Assembly: GCA_973895155.1 (NCBI GenBank)
Contig: OZ316894.1
Coordinates: 23,744,709 to 23,808,708 of the forward strand
DNA length: 64,000 nucleotides
From: Marsupella aquatica
Lineage: Eukaryota > Plantae > Marchantiophyta
Direction of reading: 5' to 3'
Every line of letters begins with the position of its first letter. The first letter of the stretch is position 1. Of this stretch, positions 1 through 12,760 are shown piece after piece. Under the pieces are notes generated by a model, which was given only the letters and a program-made list of their open reading frames with translations, had not been told where the DNA came from and searched no databases. Both the position numbers and the translations under genes were made by a program.

Positions 1-3000
1 AATGATCAATCACTTGAAGAGGTAATCCTAAGAGAAGTCTCTATCCAATGGCTCTAATCTCTCAACCCTTGATCCATTCTTCCATCTGAAAGTCCTGCAT
101 GCGCATTGGTTCTTGGAATTTGCAATTTTCCCATTTCCTCAGTTTTTTTCATATCACTCATTCCAAATTCATTTCTTGGATCCACAGCTGCTTGGATCCA
201 CAGCTAGCTGAGCGTGTGACTATATTGTTCAATCTGTCAATGTTTCATAATTATTCCCAAGGGTTGAGTAGGATTGAACTCCTCTCAAAATCTCTATTCT
301 GAGGAAATTCTCCAAAAAAGTATTTCACCCAATTGAACAATCCTTAGTTGTATCTTCTTTTGCACTGACTAGGACTCCAAGAAGCTTGGGTGAGCTGTTT
401 GACTCACATCCATCTCTCTGCACCTTCAATTGCTTTATGTGTGGGTGAGGCATCGGATATCCAAAGAGAAAATGGGCTGTTCAAGAGATACAACAAGCAA
501 GTAGGGCCAGTAGCGGTTGCAACAAAACAAACAAACAACACACTCCCAACTTCCAATTTGATAGAGGCGGCCAGAGTAATATTCATCAAAGTATATACCG
601 GAGAAGAATGTCTTGTGGCACAAGGAAGGGGGAAGGAAGGAAACCAAAGCAAAAGCCATAGGAGCAGTCTCATCAAAGGATGCAAATTAGGTGAGATTAT
701 TTTGGAGTTAAAATTATTTGACAGTAGTATAGAGTATTGCGTGAAATAACTCCTATACCTGATAAGAGGACATACATATATAGTTGAATGTACTGCCACT
801 AGAAGATAAAAATAACCTATATATAATTAATGTTAGGCTTGTCCAGGCAGGGTGAAAGAGTTAGGGTCCTTTCAAATTTTGATTAGTCTACTTTTCATAT
901 TTACAAGGGGCTTACACCACCATTGAAGTTATTTTAATTTGATGTTACAAATAAAGGCATAATTTTGAGCTTTTTCCTTGAATTAATTTAATAATACCCT
1001 TGCTATATTATCTCAGAAAGTTAGGCTCCCATGATTGAGGTGAGATGCAAGCAACTTTTCCTAGTTAGAAATCCGTATGGAATGTCAAGAGTTTTATGTA
1101 AAATACAAGGTCTGATAAAGAATATATAAATAATAGGACCCTCTCATACTCTTCTATCTATATATTTTGGATGATTCTATTTCATGGCAGAAGTCCTACT
1201 ATAATGTAATTACAAATATATACCTCTGGTTTCTTCCAAACTAGGATCAAGACTAGATATAACTGTCAGGGGTGAAAAATTAAATTAGCTTAGATGGTCC
1301 TCTACTTTAATCTATCAAACTAAGTCACCAACTTTGATGTATCAAGTCCAATCTATCCTGATGGGAGAGAAACCTCTGACTATCAACTATTTGCTTATGG
1401 ACATGCTCATATTAATCAAAGAGAGCTGCAGAAACCAATGCAATGAATGTGTGGCTCCTCTAAACAGGTGCTTAATATATACAACTTTGTTTTGTCTCAC
1501 TCATTTTATGATTCATAGAAATATCCCCTCAGTTGCTTTTACTAATATATCTCTGATTGAGTGTTTGTGACTATTTACAAGACTATTTAAGCAGCATTGT
1601 GACATTTTGATTTTGAATCCAATCCAACGTCTTGAAAGCTACTTTCCATTTCTGAAAGAATTCTAGTGTAGCAATCAACTAAGAATGTGATTTTGGATTT
1701 TAGCTGATTATTTTCAGCATTATCTCTGGTTGATCCCAAAAATTCAATTGCTAGCTCATAGTGATGGACATTCATCAACATTCTTATCATAATTTCTTAT
1801 TTGTAGTTTCATGCATAACAACGGGCATAACAATTCTTAAAGTGCATCAATATCTAGCATTTTCCAACAAGTAGCTATTGATGTTTTCAAAGTCTAGGCT
1901 GAATGTATGCTCTAGCGGTACCAGTAGGTTTGGCTGGGGTAAATTTCAATGTTCCCATTATTATTCAATTCAATGTTTTTAAGTACAAGGTACATTGCAT
2001 AGACTAGTTTTCCATTGCTTGAGAAACACAAACTGAATTCTCTGCCAAGGAGAATCATATATAGTAGAAAGTCAGTAGTTATTTTCTCTCACCAGATATA
2101 ACAAAACCAATGTAGCTTTAGTGGTTATAATAATATAATATTCATCATAATTAAACAAAAATGGAGGAAGAGAGTAAGTGGACAATGTAGCTAAATTTTA
2201 AACTTGATATACAAATATCTTAATAATCACTGCCTTAGGAAATCACAAAGAACCTCAAACTATAAATTTGACTTGTTAAGCAACACTTTCTTGGAATCTG
2301 CTGGCCTAAGATTGAGTGTTCAAAAGCCAACATTATTAGAAAAAAACTTTTTTTGTGTGTATTAGAAAAAGAACTTTGAGAACTGAATTTCAATTTGCTA
2401 AGATTCTTTTGCCATTTCATGGGTCAATTACTGTCGGTGACAGATAAAAATTCATTTTTATGCATAAACGTCTGGAAAGTGAACTCAGGAAGGCAATCAA
2501 TCAGTTTGTCTTGATTACATAAGAATAGTTATCTTAGAGTACTATCATTGCTAACCCAACTTTCTGCCCTAACTAGTCCAACCCCGAGTCCAGCGTATCG
2601 TCTTTGCTAGTGCAACGCTGCCTTGCCCGCAAGTTTCCTCATACTTAGTCTCCACTAGATGGCCATCCCAGGGGCCTGGACCATGAGCGAGACCATGAGG
2701 AGCTTGACATCAGAGTCAGCAACGCCGGAGTTAAGTAGGGTAGTCAAGTTCCTCGAATGTTACTTTTTGAGTTACTTATGTGCGTCTTGCATTCCTGCAA
2801 CGATGCAATGTAGCAAACATCAGGTTTCATGTGTCAGCGCCCAATTTATCAGGGTTTGCATTGACTTAGGAAAAAACAGAATTGGGCTACATGAGAAGTG
2901 TGTCTCACTTCTTGGTCAGTCCAAAATTTTGTTTTAAGGAATTTTTGGGCATATATTTGCAAAATTGAAAACAAAGGCAAACATGTTTAAGTTTCCTGAC

Positions 3001-4536
3001 AAGCATACATAAGTAGAGCATCCACAAACTAATTACTTAGGTTTCCACTCAGTGCCCCTTCATTTATTTGTGATTGAATTTGAATAGAAAACATTTTTGG
3101 CCTTTTCAACAAACCAGTTTATTTTTTCATGCTTTCACTCCAAGTCAGAGTCAAATTTCTTGGTTCATTGGTTGCCAATCAAAATTATATCTTAAAACAG
3201 AAGGATTATTTTTTCTGGAATTTTACCTTTTATTTGTTGATCTGGTACGGTATGGTAAAGCTAGGTACAGATGTACCACATGTACCATCATATATTTATG
3301 CATTGACTTATCAAGAAACTACAATACAAGGTTACGCTATTCAAATTTGGCGTCGGTGGTCTTTTGGATGGGAAAAACTGGAAAAAGTGGAAGGAAGAAA
3401 CCAAAAAGGGAATTCTTTTAGTGGGAATGAAAAAGTGAATACATGATTTTCCAAACAAGAATAAAAAGGTTTACAACACCAAGATCAAGACAGAGGTAGT
3501 CGGGGAGGTAGTTATATATGTGGCCTTCCATTTCAAATGAATGTCAACAATTATGTATATTAACCTTGAGTACGTGTTCAAAACAGTAGTGTACTACTTT
3601 GACTATTAATACCTGTAAGGCAAATATGAATTTCTAATGTCTACCCTTTGTCTCTCATGCAAGTATTGTTTTATAATGATGCAAATACTAAACTAATTCA
3701 AGTATGGTAACGAAGTGTGCCTCTTTAACACTCATATACCGAGTCACTCACTTTATCTAGTTAAGCCATCAATCTACACTTATCAAGAATTAGTCATGGA
3801 TTGTGAACACAAACAAACCCGAGTCTTAACTATGCACTCAAAGATAGAGGACGGTATGGTCATTAAAAACAATGATAACATAGTCTAGGTATAGGTGAAG
3901 TCGGTAGTCAAGTCAGGACTATGTCATAAATAGGAAAAGTAAAAGTCATTGTAACAAACAGCAAGAGACCTAATGTACATGTGTTGTTGTAGTTCATTCT
4001 GCATTTAAAGCTGCAACACAATGCTTACATTGACATGAGGCAAGTAATGATGAGACTAAGCAGAGGGCAGAAACAATTGAAAGGTATAGTTGGAAAACAG
4101 TACATTATTTGAGTGTTGGCAATCAAATGATAGTAGTCACATTTAGAAGCCACCGGTAGTAATAGGCATACATTGAGAGATTAGTATCGCTTGGAAAGAG
4201 TGCTTTCCCGGTTGAAGCCAGGACATCTATGTGGTGCATCAAAACAGCTAGTCATGCTATGTGAGGTGGACCATCAACTAGCATCAGGATGCAAGAGACA
4301 TAGTCTGCATCACAGACCCCAACGTAGTCGTTCAGGCCCCCATCCTTGGGGCGGGATAAAAAATCAATTGCATTCAATCCTTGGTTCATGTTTCTGCTAT
4401 TTATAGTCGCGGCAGTAACGGAGAGACATGAACCAACACTAGGCTAGCCAACATCTTCTAGCTAATGTAAAAATCGTCAAACAATCATGCAAAAAAAAGT
4501 GGTAAAATGATGTCTACAGTTTGCACATACCTCTCC

Positions 4537-4881
4537 TGTTGAGCATCGACGACAATTGCAACGGCAAGCCCATGAACCATCCAACACACAAGAGTCGACA
4601 CAGAGAGATACGTGGTTCACCTCCACATGAGGCTACGTCCACGGGAACACACAAGAGCTTTACTGCACTCTAGGCCGACCGGCCATACCAAGCATCCACA
4701 GCACAAGCTCTCTCTATCTCTCAACTAGCTCCGTAAGAATGAGCCTGAGTTCCACCTCTCCAAGCAAACACCACTTGGTTATAGAGTGTGCACAGCATGA
4801 CTAACCTAACCAAGTTTGCAACTAAGGTTAGCCTTAACTACGGTACAATCGTAACTTTAGACCTAAGAGGAAATCCTAACA
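4537..4881 (-). repeat. 3' LTR of the copia element
   Basis: TGTTGAGCATCG...AATCCTAACA; direct repeat of 10388-10731 with about 10 differences counted by eye. Confidence 0.96.
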
Positions 4882-4892
4882 ATCTCCCCCTT
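4882..4892 (-). other. Polypurine tract
   Basis: Minus strand AAGGGGGAGAT directly before the 3' LTR. Confidence 0.9.
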
Positions 4893-5071
4893 GACTCTGG
4901 TCTAGGGAGGGTAAAGACTGCACCCTATATGATTGCTCAGCGGGAAGTTCTGGAAAGAAAAACCAAACTGGTTTTTCCCTCTTTATACGAGACTAGACCA
5001 GAACTAAGTCGTAGCCTATACAATGAATGAGCAATAGCATATCTCAGTATCTACACAAATGTTAAGTAACC

Positions 5072-8000
5072 CTACTTGTGAGGCAATTGCAAAACCTGCA
5101 ACGCATCACGATGTCTAGAAAAACTCTCCAGAGGAATCACTTTGGTAAAAGCGTCAGCCGGGTTGAGTTTACCGTCAATCTTGACTAGCTCAAACTGATT
5201 ATCAGACACAGCCTGCTTGATAAAATGGTACCTGACATCGATGTGCTTCACTCTGCTGTCCATTACCTGGTTCACAGCAAGATGGAGCGCACTCTGACTA
5301 TCATAATGGAGCTTCACATTCCCTTGTGGCAATCCCATCTCAGTGATAAGTCTATCCAATCAAATTGCTTCCTTTGCTGCTTCCATTGCTGCAACATACT
5401 CCACTTCTGTAGTAGACTGAGCAATACACTTCTGCAGAGTAGACCTCCAACTTATGCATCCACCTCCTAATGTGAACACATAACCTGTTGTTGACCTCCT
5501 CCAATCCAGATCCTGTGCATAGTCAGCATCTACATAGCCCATCAATGATCTAGCATTATCAGCATGTGCATCAAACAATAGACCATGATCCACGGTACCC
5601 TTCAAGTACCGAATAATCCACTTCACTGCTTCCCAGTGTACCTTCCCTGGATTCAACATGTACTTGCTCACCTTGCCCATAGCCATGGCAAGATCAGGTC
5701 TAGTGCAAGTCCCCGGCAAGTCATCAAATACATGAGACTCCCCACTGCCTTGTCATAAGGAATCTTTGACATCAGCCCCTTCTCTGTCTCATCCGTAGGA
5801 CAGAAAGCTCATGACAACTTGAAGTGTGGAGCCAACGGGGTACTCACTGGCTTACTATCCCCCATGTTGAACCTTGCAATTACCTTCCTCGCATAACTGC
5901 TCTACGTCAACCATAGCTTACCAGCCTCCAAGTCCCTAGTGATCTCCATACCCAAAATCCTCTTAGCTGGCCCTAAGTCATTTATCTTAAACTCTGCACT
6001 TAGCAGTGCCTTGAACTTAACAATCTCAGACCTATCATTGGCCGCAATAAACATGTCATCCACATAAAGTACTAAAACAATGAACCCGAAGACAACATTC
6101 TTCACCGATTTAAGATACACACAAGGGTCAAACACACTCATGTGAAAGCCTTGTGCACAAATCCAATCATCAAACCGCTTATTCCACTGTCTTGGTGACT
6201 GCTTCAACCCGTACAAGGATCTCAGCAATCTGCAAACCAAATCCTCTTGCCCTCTCTTCACAAAACCTAGCGGCTGTCTCATGAAGATCACCTTTTCCAA
6301 GGTGCCATAGAGAAAGGCTGTGACAACATCCATCTGATCTAGCAGCAGACCAAACATTACAACAAGCACACACAATATCCGTATTGTTGAGTACTTAGCA
6401 ACTGGTGAGAAGACCTCATTGTAATCCACACCTTTTTCCTATATAAATCCCTTGGATACCAACCTAGCCTTGTAGACCTTCGATCCACCTCCCGTGGATT
6501 GATCCTTCAGCTTGTATATCCACTTGTTGTCCACCACTTGCTGTCCCTCAGGCAGCTTGACAAGCTCCCAAGTTTTGTTGTCCTTCAGTGACTGCATCTC
6601 CGTTTGCATTGCTGCAGTCCACTCCTGCTTCTCCTTAGAAGCACTTGCCTCATGAAATGAAGAAGGTTCCCCTTCTTCTAGTATTAACGCATCACCCTCA
6701 TCTTCAGTAACAAAATCCTCCTCTTGCAACTAAGATGAATCAACCCACTATCCATACCTTGGTGGAGCGCGTACAGTGCGACCAAATGTTCTTCTAGCCG
6801 ATGACTCCGGTTGATCTGCGTTAGCTGGTACAATTTGAAGCTCAGCAGCATCCACTTGCTGCTCAGCAGCATCAACAAACTCCTCTGGTTCCTCTAGCAC
6901 AGGAACCAGCTCCATAATTGGAGCAACTCCTTCTCTCCGGTCATGCACCTCATGACCAATCTCCCCTCAATGAGATCCAGGATAGGAGATTTTCCTTTGT
7001 CAGTACGAGAGACCTGAGTATTCTCCCCCTCCTTCAATAATCTGGATTCATTGAAGGAAACATCCCTACTAACAACCAGCTTATAGGCAATAGGATCCCA
7101 TAGCCTATAGGCTTTCACACCACTCTGGTACCCAAGAAAAACACATTTCTTGGAGGTAGGATCCAACTTGGTCTTATTCTGCTTTGGTGTGAGAGCATAT
7201 GCATCACTTCCAAAAACTACCAAGCCATGATAGTCTACTTGTCGCTTATAGCGCATCTCAAACGGCGTTTTGAAATTGATAGCACTAGAAGGAGAAAGAT
7301 TTACCAAATAAGCTGCGGTATTAATAGCTTCTGCCCAAAATTCTTGTAGTAAACCGGATTGGCTCAACATACTCCGTGACCGCTCCAATAGTGTCTAATT
7401 GAGCCGCTCAGCGACACCATTATGCTGTGGAGTATAAATTGTGGTGAGATGGCGAGTTATCCCCTATTCTAAACAATACTCTTCAAATTCCACTGAAGTG
7501 TACTCCCCGCCGTTGTCTGACCTCAGACTCTTCACCCTTGTATCCAAACACTGACCATGTTTCTAGTCTGATTCTCCATCTAGGCCTTCCACTTCTTAAA
7601 AATGGATAAGACATCAGACTTATGCGTCATGAAATAAATTCACACAAATCTTGAATAATCGTCAAAATGATACATAGTATAACTTTCCAGAGTGTGAGTG
7701 AGTCGGGGATGGACCCCACACGTCACTATGTATGTACTCAAGAACCGCCTTGGAACGATGTGTTCCAACACCAAAAGCACGACAATGCTGATTTCCAAGA
7801 ATGTAATGCTCACAAAACTCTAATTTACAAGATTGCAAATTAGAAATGAGTCCATTTTTCCGTAAGATAGCCAAACCCTTCTCACTCATGTGGCCTAGCC
7901 GTGAATGCCACAGATGAGTCATCTCCTCGTGAGACTTGGTTACATTGGCCTCTCCACATACAGTATTGCCTTCAACACATACAAATTCTTCTGTCTACTC

Positions 8001-9391
8001 CCCTTCAAGATCACTATCTCTCCCGACTTGACTTGAAGTTCACCATCAATAACGCTCCATTGATGACCATTTGAATCCAACCCACCCAGTGAAATCAGAT
8101 TCTTACGCATGTCAGGTACATACCTGACTTCAGACACTATGCGCACAGTGCCATCAAACATTTGAATCTTCATAGAACCAATACCCTCAATTTGACAGGA
8201 GTGATTATTTCCTATCAGAACTGAACCGTTTGAAACAGAGTAAGAACTGAAAAACTCTCGAATGTAACAAATGTGAAAAGAGCAAGCACAATCAAGAATC
8301 CACACATCATCTGCTCTCCTAGATGACATGCACAGGGCATACCCCCGGCTTCATAATACATACTCATCATTGAGTAAATCAACATCTCCATCAGCCTTAG
8401 CCACATTTGCCGATGAAGTTTCCGTTGCCTTTCCCTTACAGTCTCGCTTGAAGTGTCCAACTTGGTTGCACTTCCAGCATGTCACCTGCCTTCTCTAAGG
8501 GGATTTGCCTCTGGACTTAGATCTAGATTTAGATCTAAACTGGGTTCTATGGTCCCCAGTTGGTCGCTGCATACTCCTCCCACGGTTAACATTGAGGGCA
8601 GCACCAGAGGATGAAGGCTGTGACGTGATGTGCATCTTCTGCTGAAGATCATCACAAAGCAGAGAACTTACCACGTCATTGTATGAAATGGTATCCCTAT
8701 CACGATGCAACAACACCCGTGATAGGGATTGGTAAGATGGAGGCAATGAACTGAGAAGTTGCAGAGCCTTCGTCTCATCATTCAAAGTCTCCCCAAGGTT
8801 TTTCAAGTCAACAACCATGTCGTTGAAAGCATCCACATGGTCCTGCAACTTTGTATTGGATTCCTTCATCCTGAAACTCATCAGTTTGTAGGAAGTATAG
8901 AGCCGGTTTGACAACTCCTTGCGGTGATACTTGCTCTGCAATTTCGCAAATAAGAACATACAGTCCTTATGTGCACCCAACTACTTGATGATGGGAGGCA
9001 TGAGATAGAGTGTAACACACCACACTCCCTGCTCCTGCATGCGGTCCCATTGTTTCTCATCAACATTGTCTTCACAAGGGCTTAGCAGTTGGCCCATCCC
9101 TGAAGCATAGAGCACTCCCTTCACCTGCTTCTCCCAAAGCAAGTAGTCAGAGCGCCCATCATACTTTGTCACTTCATACTTGGGTCCCCCAAGCTTGAAT
9201 GTACCCATCTTCTTCTTTGGCACTACCGTGAGCTCCGGTAGTAGAACAACTTCCTCCACCACTCGTCGCACCGGTGATGGTATCGGTGTCACGTGCTCTT
9301 CCTCCTGCTCCTCTCTCTCCACCTCAAACCACCGCGGTGATCCTCGTGCTTCAAGTTCCACGTCTTCAAAAATCTCCTCTGAATCACTCAT
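5072..9391 (-). pseudogene. Copia gag-pol polyprotein broken by stops and frameshifts
   Basis: Gag (KYEVTKYDG), Zn knuckle CWKCNQVGHFKRDC (~8440-8480), protease WILDCACSFH, GAG-pre-integrase LWHSRLGHMS, integrase HSDVWGP and FWAEAINTA, RT LYVDDM, RNase H GYVDAD...KHIDVRYHF. Split across many ORF fragments. Confidence 0.95.
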
Positions 9392-10373
9392 ATGAGAAAA
9401 TCACGAAAAAATGACGTTTTTCACAACTTCTCAAAAAACTTAAAACTAATCACCGTCGTGTAGATCACGAGGCTAGGAGTCCACGAGGCTTCCCCTGGTC
9501 ACTCCGGGTCGCTCTTGGAGCGAGGCGCCCTCGGGTCACTCCAGGTCTCCCTAGAAACCCTGTTGCTACGAAAATCCCGCCGCAATTCCCGGACAAAGTT
9601 ACTGTTCACTAATTTTGTCGTTTTCCTTGTGCCCTAGGTCGCCGCCGCACCTCACCTCTCCGCGGTGCGCTAAATTGCCATAGGAAACACAATTTGCCAA
9701 CATCCAACGTTGCTTGCCGCCGCCAATTCCACGAGTAAAAATGATGACCGCCGACGGGGAAATGTTGCCAAATTGCATAGGCACAATCTGCGAGCTCAGC
9801 AGAGAAAAAATCTTTCATCGTGTCACACTCACTCCACGTCAAGTGCCAATCCCAGACTCAAAATGACCATCTTGACGCGATCAAAACATTGAGCCATAGC
9901 ACTTTGCGTTTCTTCTTCCAAGATGGACGTGACAACGAGTAACCCGGTTCAAATGAAAACAAGCTCCATAGCCTGTGAAAAAATCTGAACGTCTCCTTCA
10001 CTCGTCACGATGCACTCGGTAACCACTCAATAGCAACTCAACTACCAAAATGAACAGCTCGCTTTAACCTCCAACATGAGCTATAACATGCGACGCCTCC
10101 CGCACCGCATAACTCAAACCGTTGAAAAAACGATCTCTGGTTTCTTCCCTGAAATACCGTCAAACACGAAAAAACTCCAGATCGACACAAACTTCGATTC
10201 CTCCGCACCACGGATACCGATCAGCGAGTTCTAACCACCGTTAGAAAGCCCTCTCACTAATCTATCCGTTCAGCCACACACATTCAAGTTTCATGCGACG
10301 AAACTCTGAATGTAACAACGATAATGAACGCTGGAAAACCGTCACAAAAAAGACCTTGTCTCCTCCCAGGCAT

Positions 10374-10385
10374 GCTCTGATACCA
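10374..10385 (-). other. Primer binding site (tRNA-iMet)
   Basis: Minus strand reads TGGTATCAGAGC 2 nt inside the 5' LTR, the canonical plant copia iMet PBS. Confidence 0.93.
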
Positions 10386-10387
10386 AT

Positions 10388-10731
10388 TGTTGAGCATCGA
10401 TGACAATTGCAACGGCAAGCCCATGAACCATCCAACGCACAAGAGTCGACACAGAGAGATACGTGGTTCACCTCCACATGAGGCTACGTCATGTGAACAC
10501 ACAAGAGCTTTACTGCACTCTAGACCGACCGGCCATACCAAGCATCCACAGCACAAGCTCTCTCTATCTCTCAACTAGCTCCGTAAGAATGAGCCTAAGT
10601 TCCACCTCTCCAAGCAAACACCACTTGGTTATAGAGTGTGCACAGCATGACTAACCTAACCAAGTTTGCAACTAAGGTTAGCCTTAACTACGGTACAGTC
10701 GTAACTCTAGACCTAAGAGTAAATCCTAACA
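10388..10731 (-). repeat. 5' LTR of the copia element
   Basis: Matches 4537-4881 and lies next to the PBS. Confidence 0.96.
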
Positions 10732-11242
10732 TGTCCTGCACGAGCCATGTTGGGAGTTGTTTCGATGTTGTAGTGGGAAATCTGTGCCTATTGTCATAAT
10801 GGTTTGCACTGGTGTAGCTGCCACAATCCTCTGACTAACATGTAGCTGGAGCATGCTACTCGTACTGCAAAACATACTCTGGAGATGCAGTCAGCAGCAT
10901 GTAATAAAAAATGTGGGCAAGATTGAGTGTTCAATTTGGGGTAGAGGCGTTAGGTAGAGGGCATGCAGTAGAGGATGGAGTTAGTTAGAGTTGCCGCCAG
11001 TGGAGCTTGCACTAAGTAAAATTGGAATGCCCTATCTTGGGTATTGTGATCGTAAGGTGTTGGTGCATCACACGTGGTTCAGACAAAAATGCATGTGGAC
11101 CATACATTGGCGTTACATGTATAATGTGTAAAGCGTTATAACTGTGGGTGTTACAAATGTCGGAGAACTTCAATGGTGTTCTAGGGATTTCATATCACTA
11201 GTCAAACTCATACTTACTTATTTATATAATGTCCCTACTTAT

Positions 11243-11243
<1 letters not shown>

Positions 11244-11281
<38 letters not shown>

Positions 11282-11505
11282 ATGGGTGCCATTATCTGCT
11301 AGTGCAGTTGCCAGAGAGAGAGAGGCAGAGAGAGCTTGTGTCCGTGCCATTATCTGCTAGTGTAGTTGCTGGAGAGAGAGGCCGAGAGAGTGCTGGTGCC
11401 ATTATCTGCTTGTGCAGTTGCCATGAGAAAAAAATCCAGAGAATGAGCTTGTGTTCCTGCCATTACCTGCAAGTGCAGTTGAGAGAGAGAGAGAGAGAGA
11501 GAGAG
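11244..11505. repeat. (GA)n microsatellites with short interspersed GTGCCATTATCTGCT repeats
   Basis: GA runs at 11244-11280 and 11481-11505; GCCATTATCTGCT-like unit recurs about 4 times between them. Confidence 0.85.
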
Positions 11506-11739
11506 TGCAATTACCAGATTGAAGGAGAGTGAGAAGTTATTTTAATTTGGAAACAAATATTTTCTTGTTTGCAGCACACCATGATGACGTGCCGCGCTAT
11601 GGAGTCTGAAATTTTGGAAAGGACCTCTAATGGGGTCTGTAACAAAGAGAACAAATGTGCTGATGGAAATAGGAAGACTTGTGATTTGGGTAAGTCAGCT
11701 TGGGTGGCCTTATAAATTTGCGTGAATTATGGGGAGTAT

Positions 11740-12270
11740 TAAGGTCTATGAAGGTCAATCAACGGTCTGGATCACTCAAGTGTCCTATCAAAACACTTTC
11801 CATTTTGGAGTCACATCAAGCAAATACTTTTATCTGCAGATAAATGCAAATTCCAAGTGTTTACAATTATGGGATAGTGCACAACCTTGTTAAGTGCACA
11901 GGGATTTTAGGTACATTGATTCAAGATCTATCAAGGTCAATCAATGGTGTGGATCAATCAAGGGTCCTGTCAAGTAAAACTTTTCATTTTGGGGTCCCAT
12001 CAAGCAAATACCTCTATCTACTTATTAATGCAAATTCCAAATGTTGCAATCTTGCTATTTAAGTGCACATAGATTTTGGGTATGTTGATTCAAGGTCTAT
12101 CAAGGTCAATCATGTGTATCACTCAAGTGTCCTCTCAAGTAGCACTTTGATTTGGGGTATGGATCACTCAAGGCTCCTATCAAGTAGCACTTTTCATTTT
12201 GGGGTCTCATCAAACATTATACCCATAGAAGCAAATTCCAAGTAGATGCAAATTCCAAGTGTTTGTGAGT
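11740..12270. repeat. Degenerate tandem repeat (~180-bp unit, about 3 copies)
   Basis: AAGGTCAATCA...GGATCACTCAAG...TTTCATTTTGGGGTC...TGCAAATTCCAA recurs near 11751, 11933 and 12102-12260. Confidence 0.7.
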
Positions 12271-12760
12271 ATGAGGTAGTGCACAATCTCGTTAAGTGCA
12301 CAACCTCGTTAAGTGCACAGCGGTTGCTTCTTATACAATGTTTCCAGGCCGCTACGAAAAATTGATTGATTGGCTCTGCACTGCTGCACCTCTTTGTCAA
12401 TCTGTGGCTGGCCGCGTTTGTTTTGGCGGGAGGGGTTCATCCTTCGAATGCAACAGAGATCAAAGTCCGATGGAACAGAGACCCACAGTTTGATCGAACT
12501 TTGCGAGGAGTATAATCACTAACGGAGCGGAATCGTCGATAACAACAGGCTAAATGTTCATATGGGCTCCTGGATGATGTGCTCCTCGCCGTTAGGTGTC
12601 ACTTTCTTCGGATCTGCTACGATTGCAATTGCGCAGATCTGTCCAGTGTCGATTGTCATCGACATTTCGGTTCCAGCGAATATGTAGGCGGCTGCTGTTC
12701 GACTCGGAGTCGTGAGGTGTAGTGTAGTGTAGTGTAGAGTAGTGTGGATGTGGTGGCAGG

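Larger units (their letters stand above)
4537..10731 (-). mobile_element. Full-length Ty1/copia LTR retrotransposon (decayed)
   Basis: Two ~345-bp TG...CA LTRs (4537-4881, 10388-10731), a PBS and PPT, gag-PR-IN-RT-RH order on the minus strand, and a near-TSD TCTCC (4532-4536) / TGTCC (10732-10736). Confidence 0.97.

Noticed and set aside
1-2600. Short ORFs in AT-rich DNA at the window start
   Set aside because: No recognisable domain or consistent exon structure; probably decayed TE sequence that I cannot assign.
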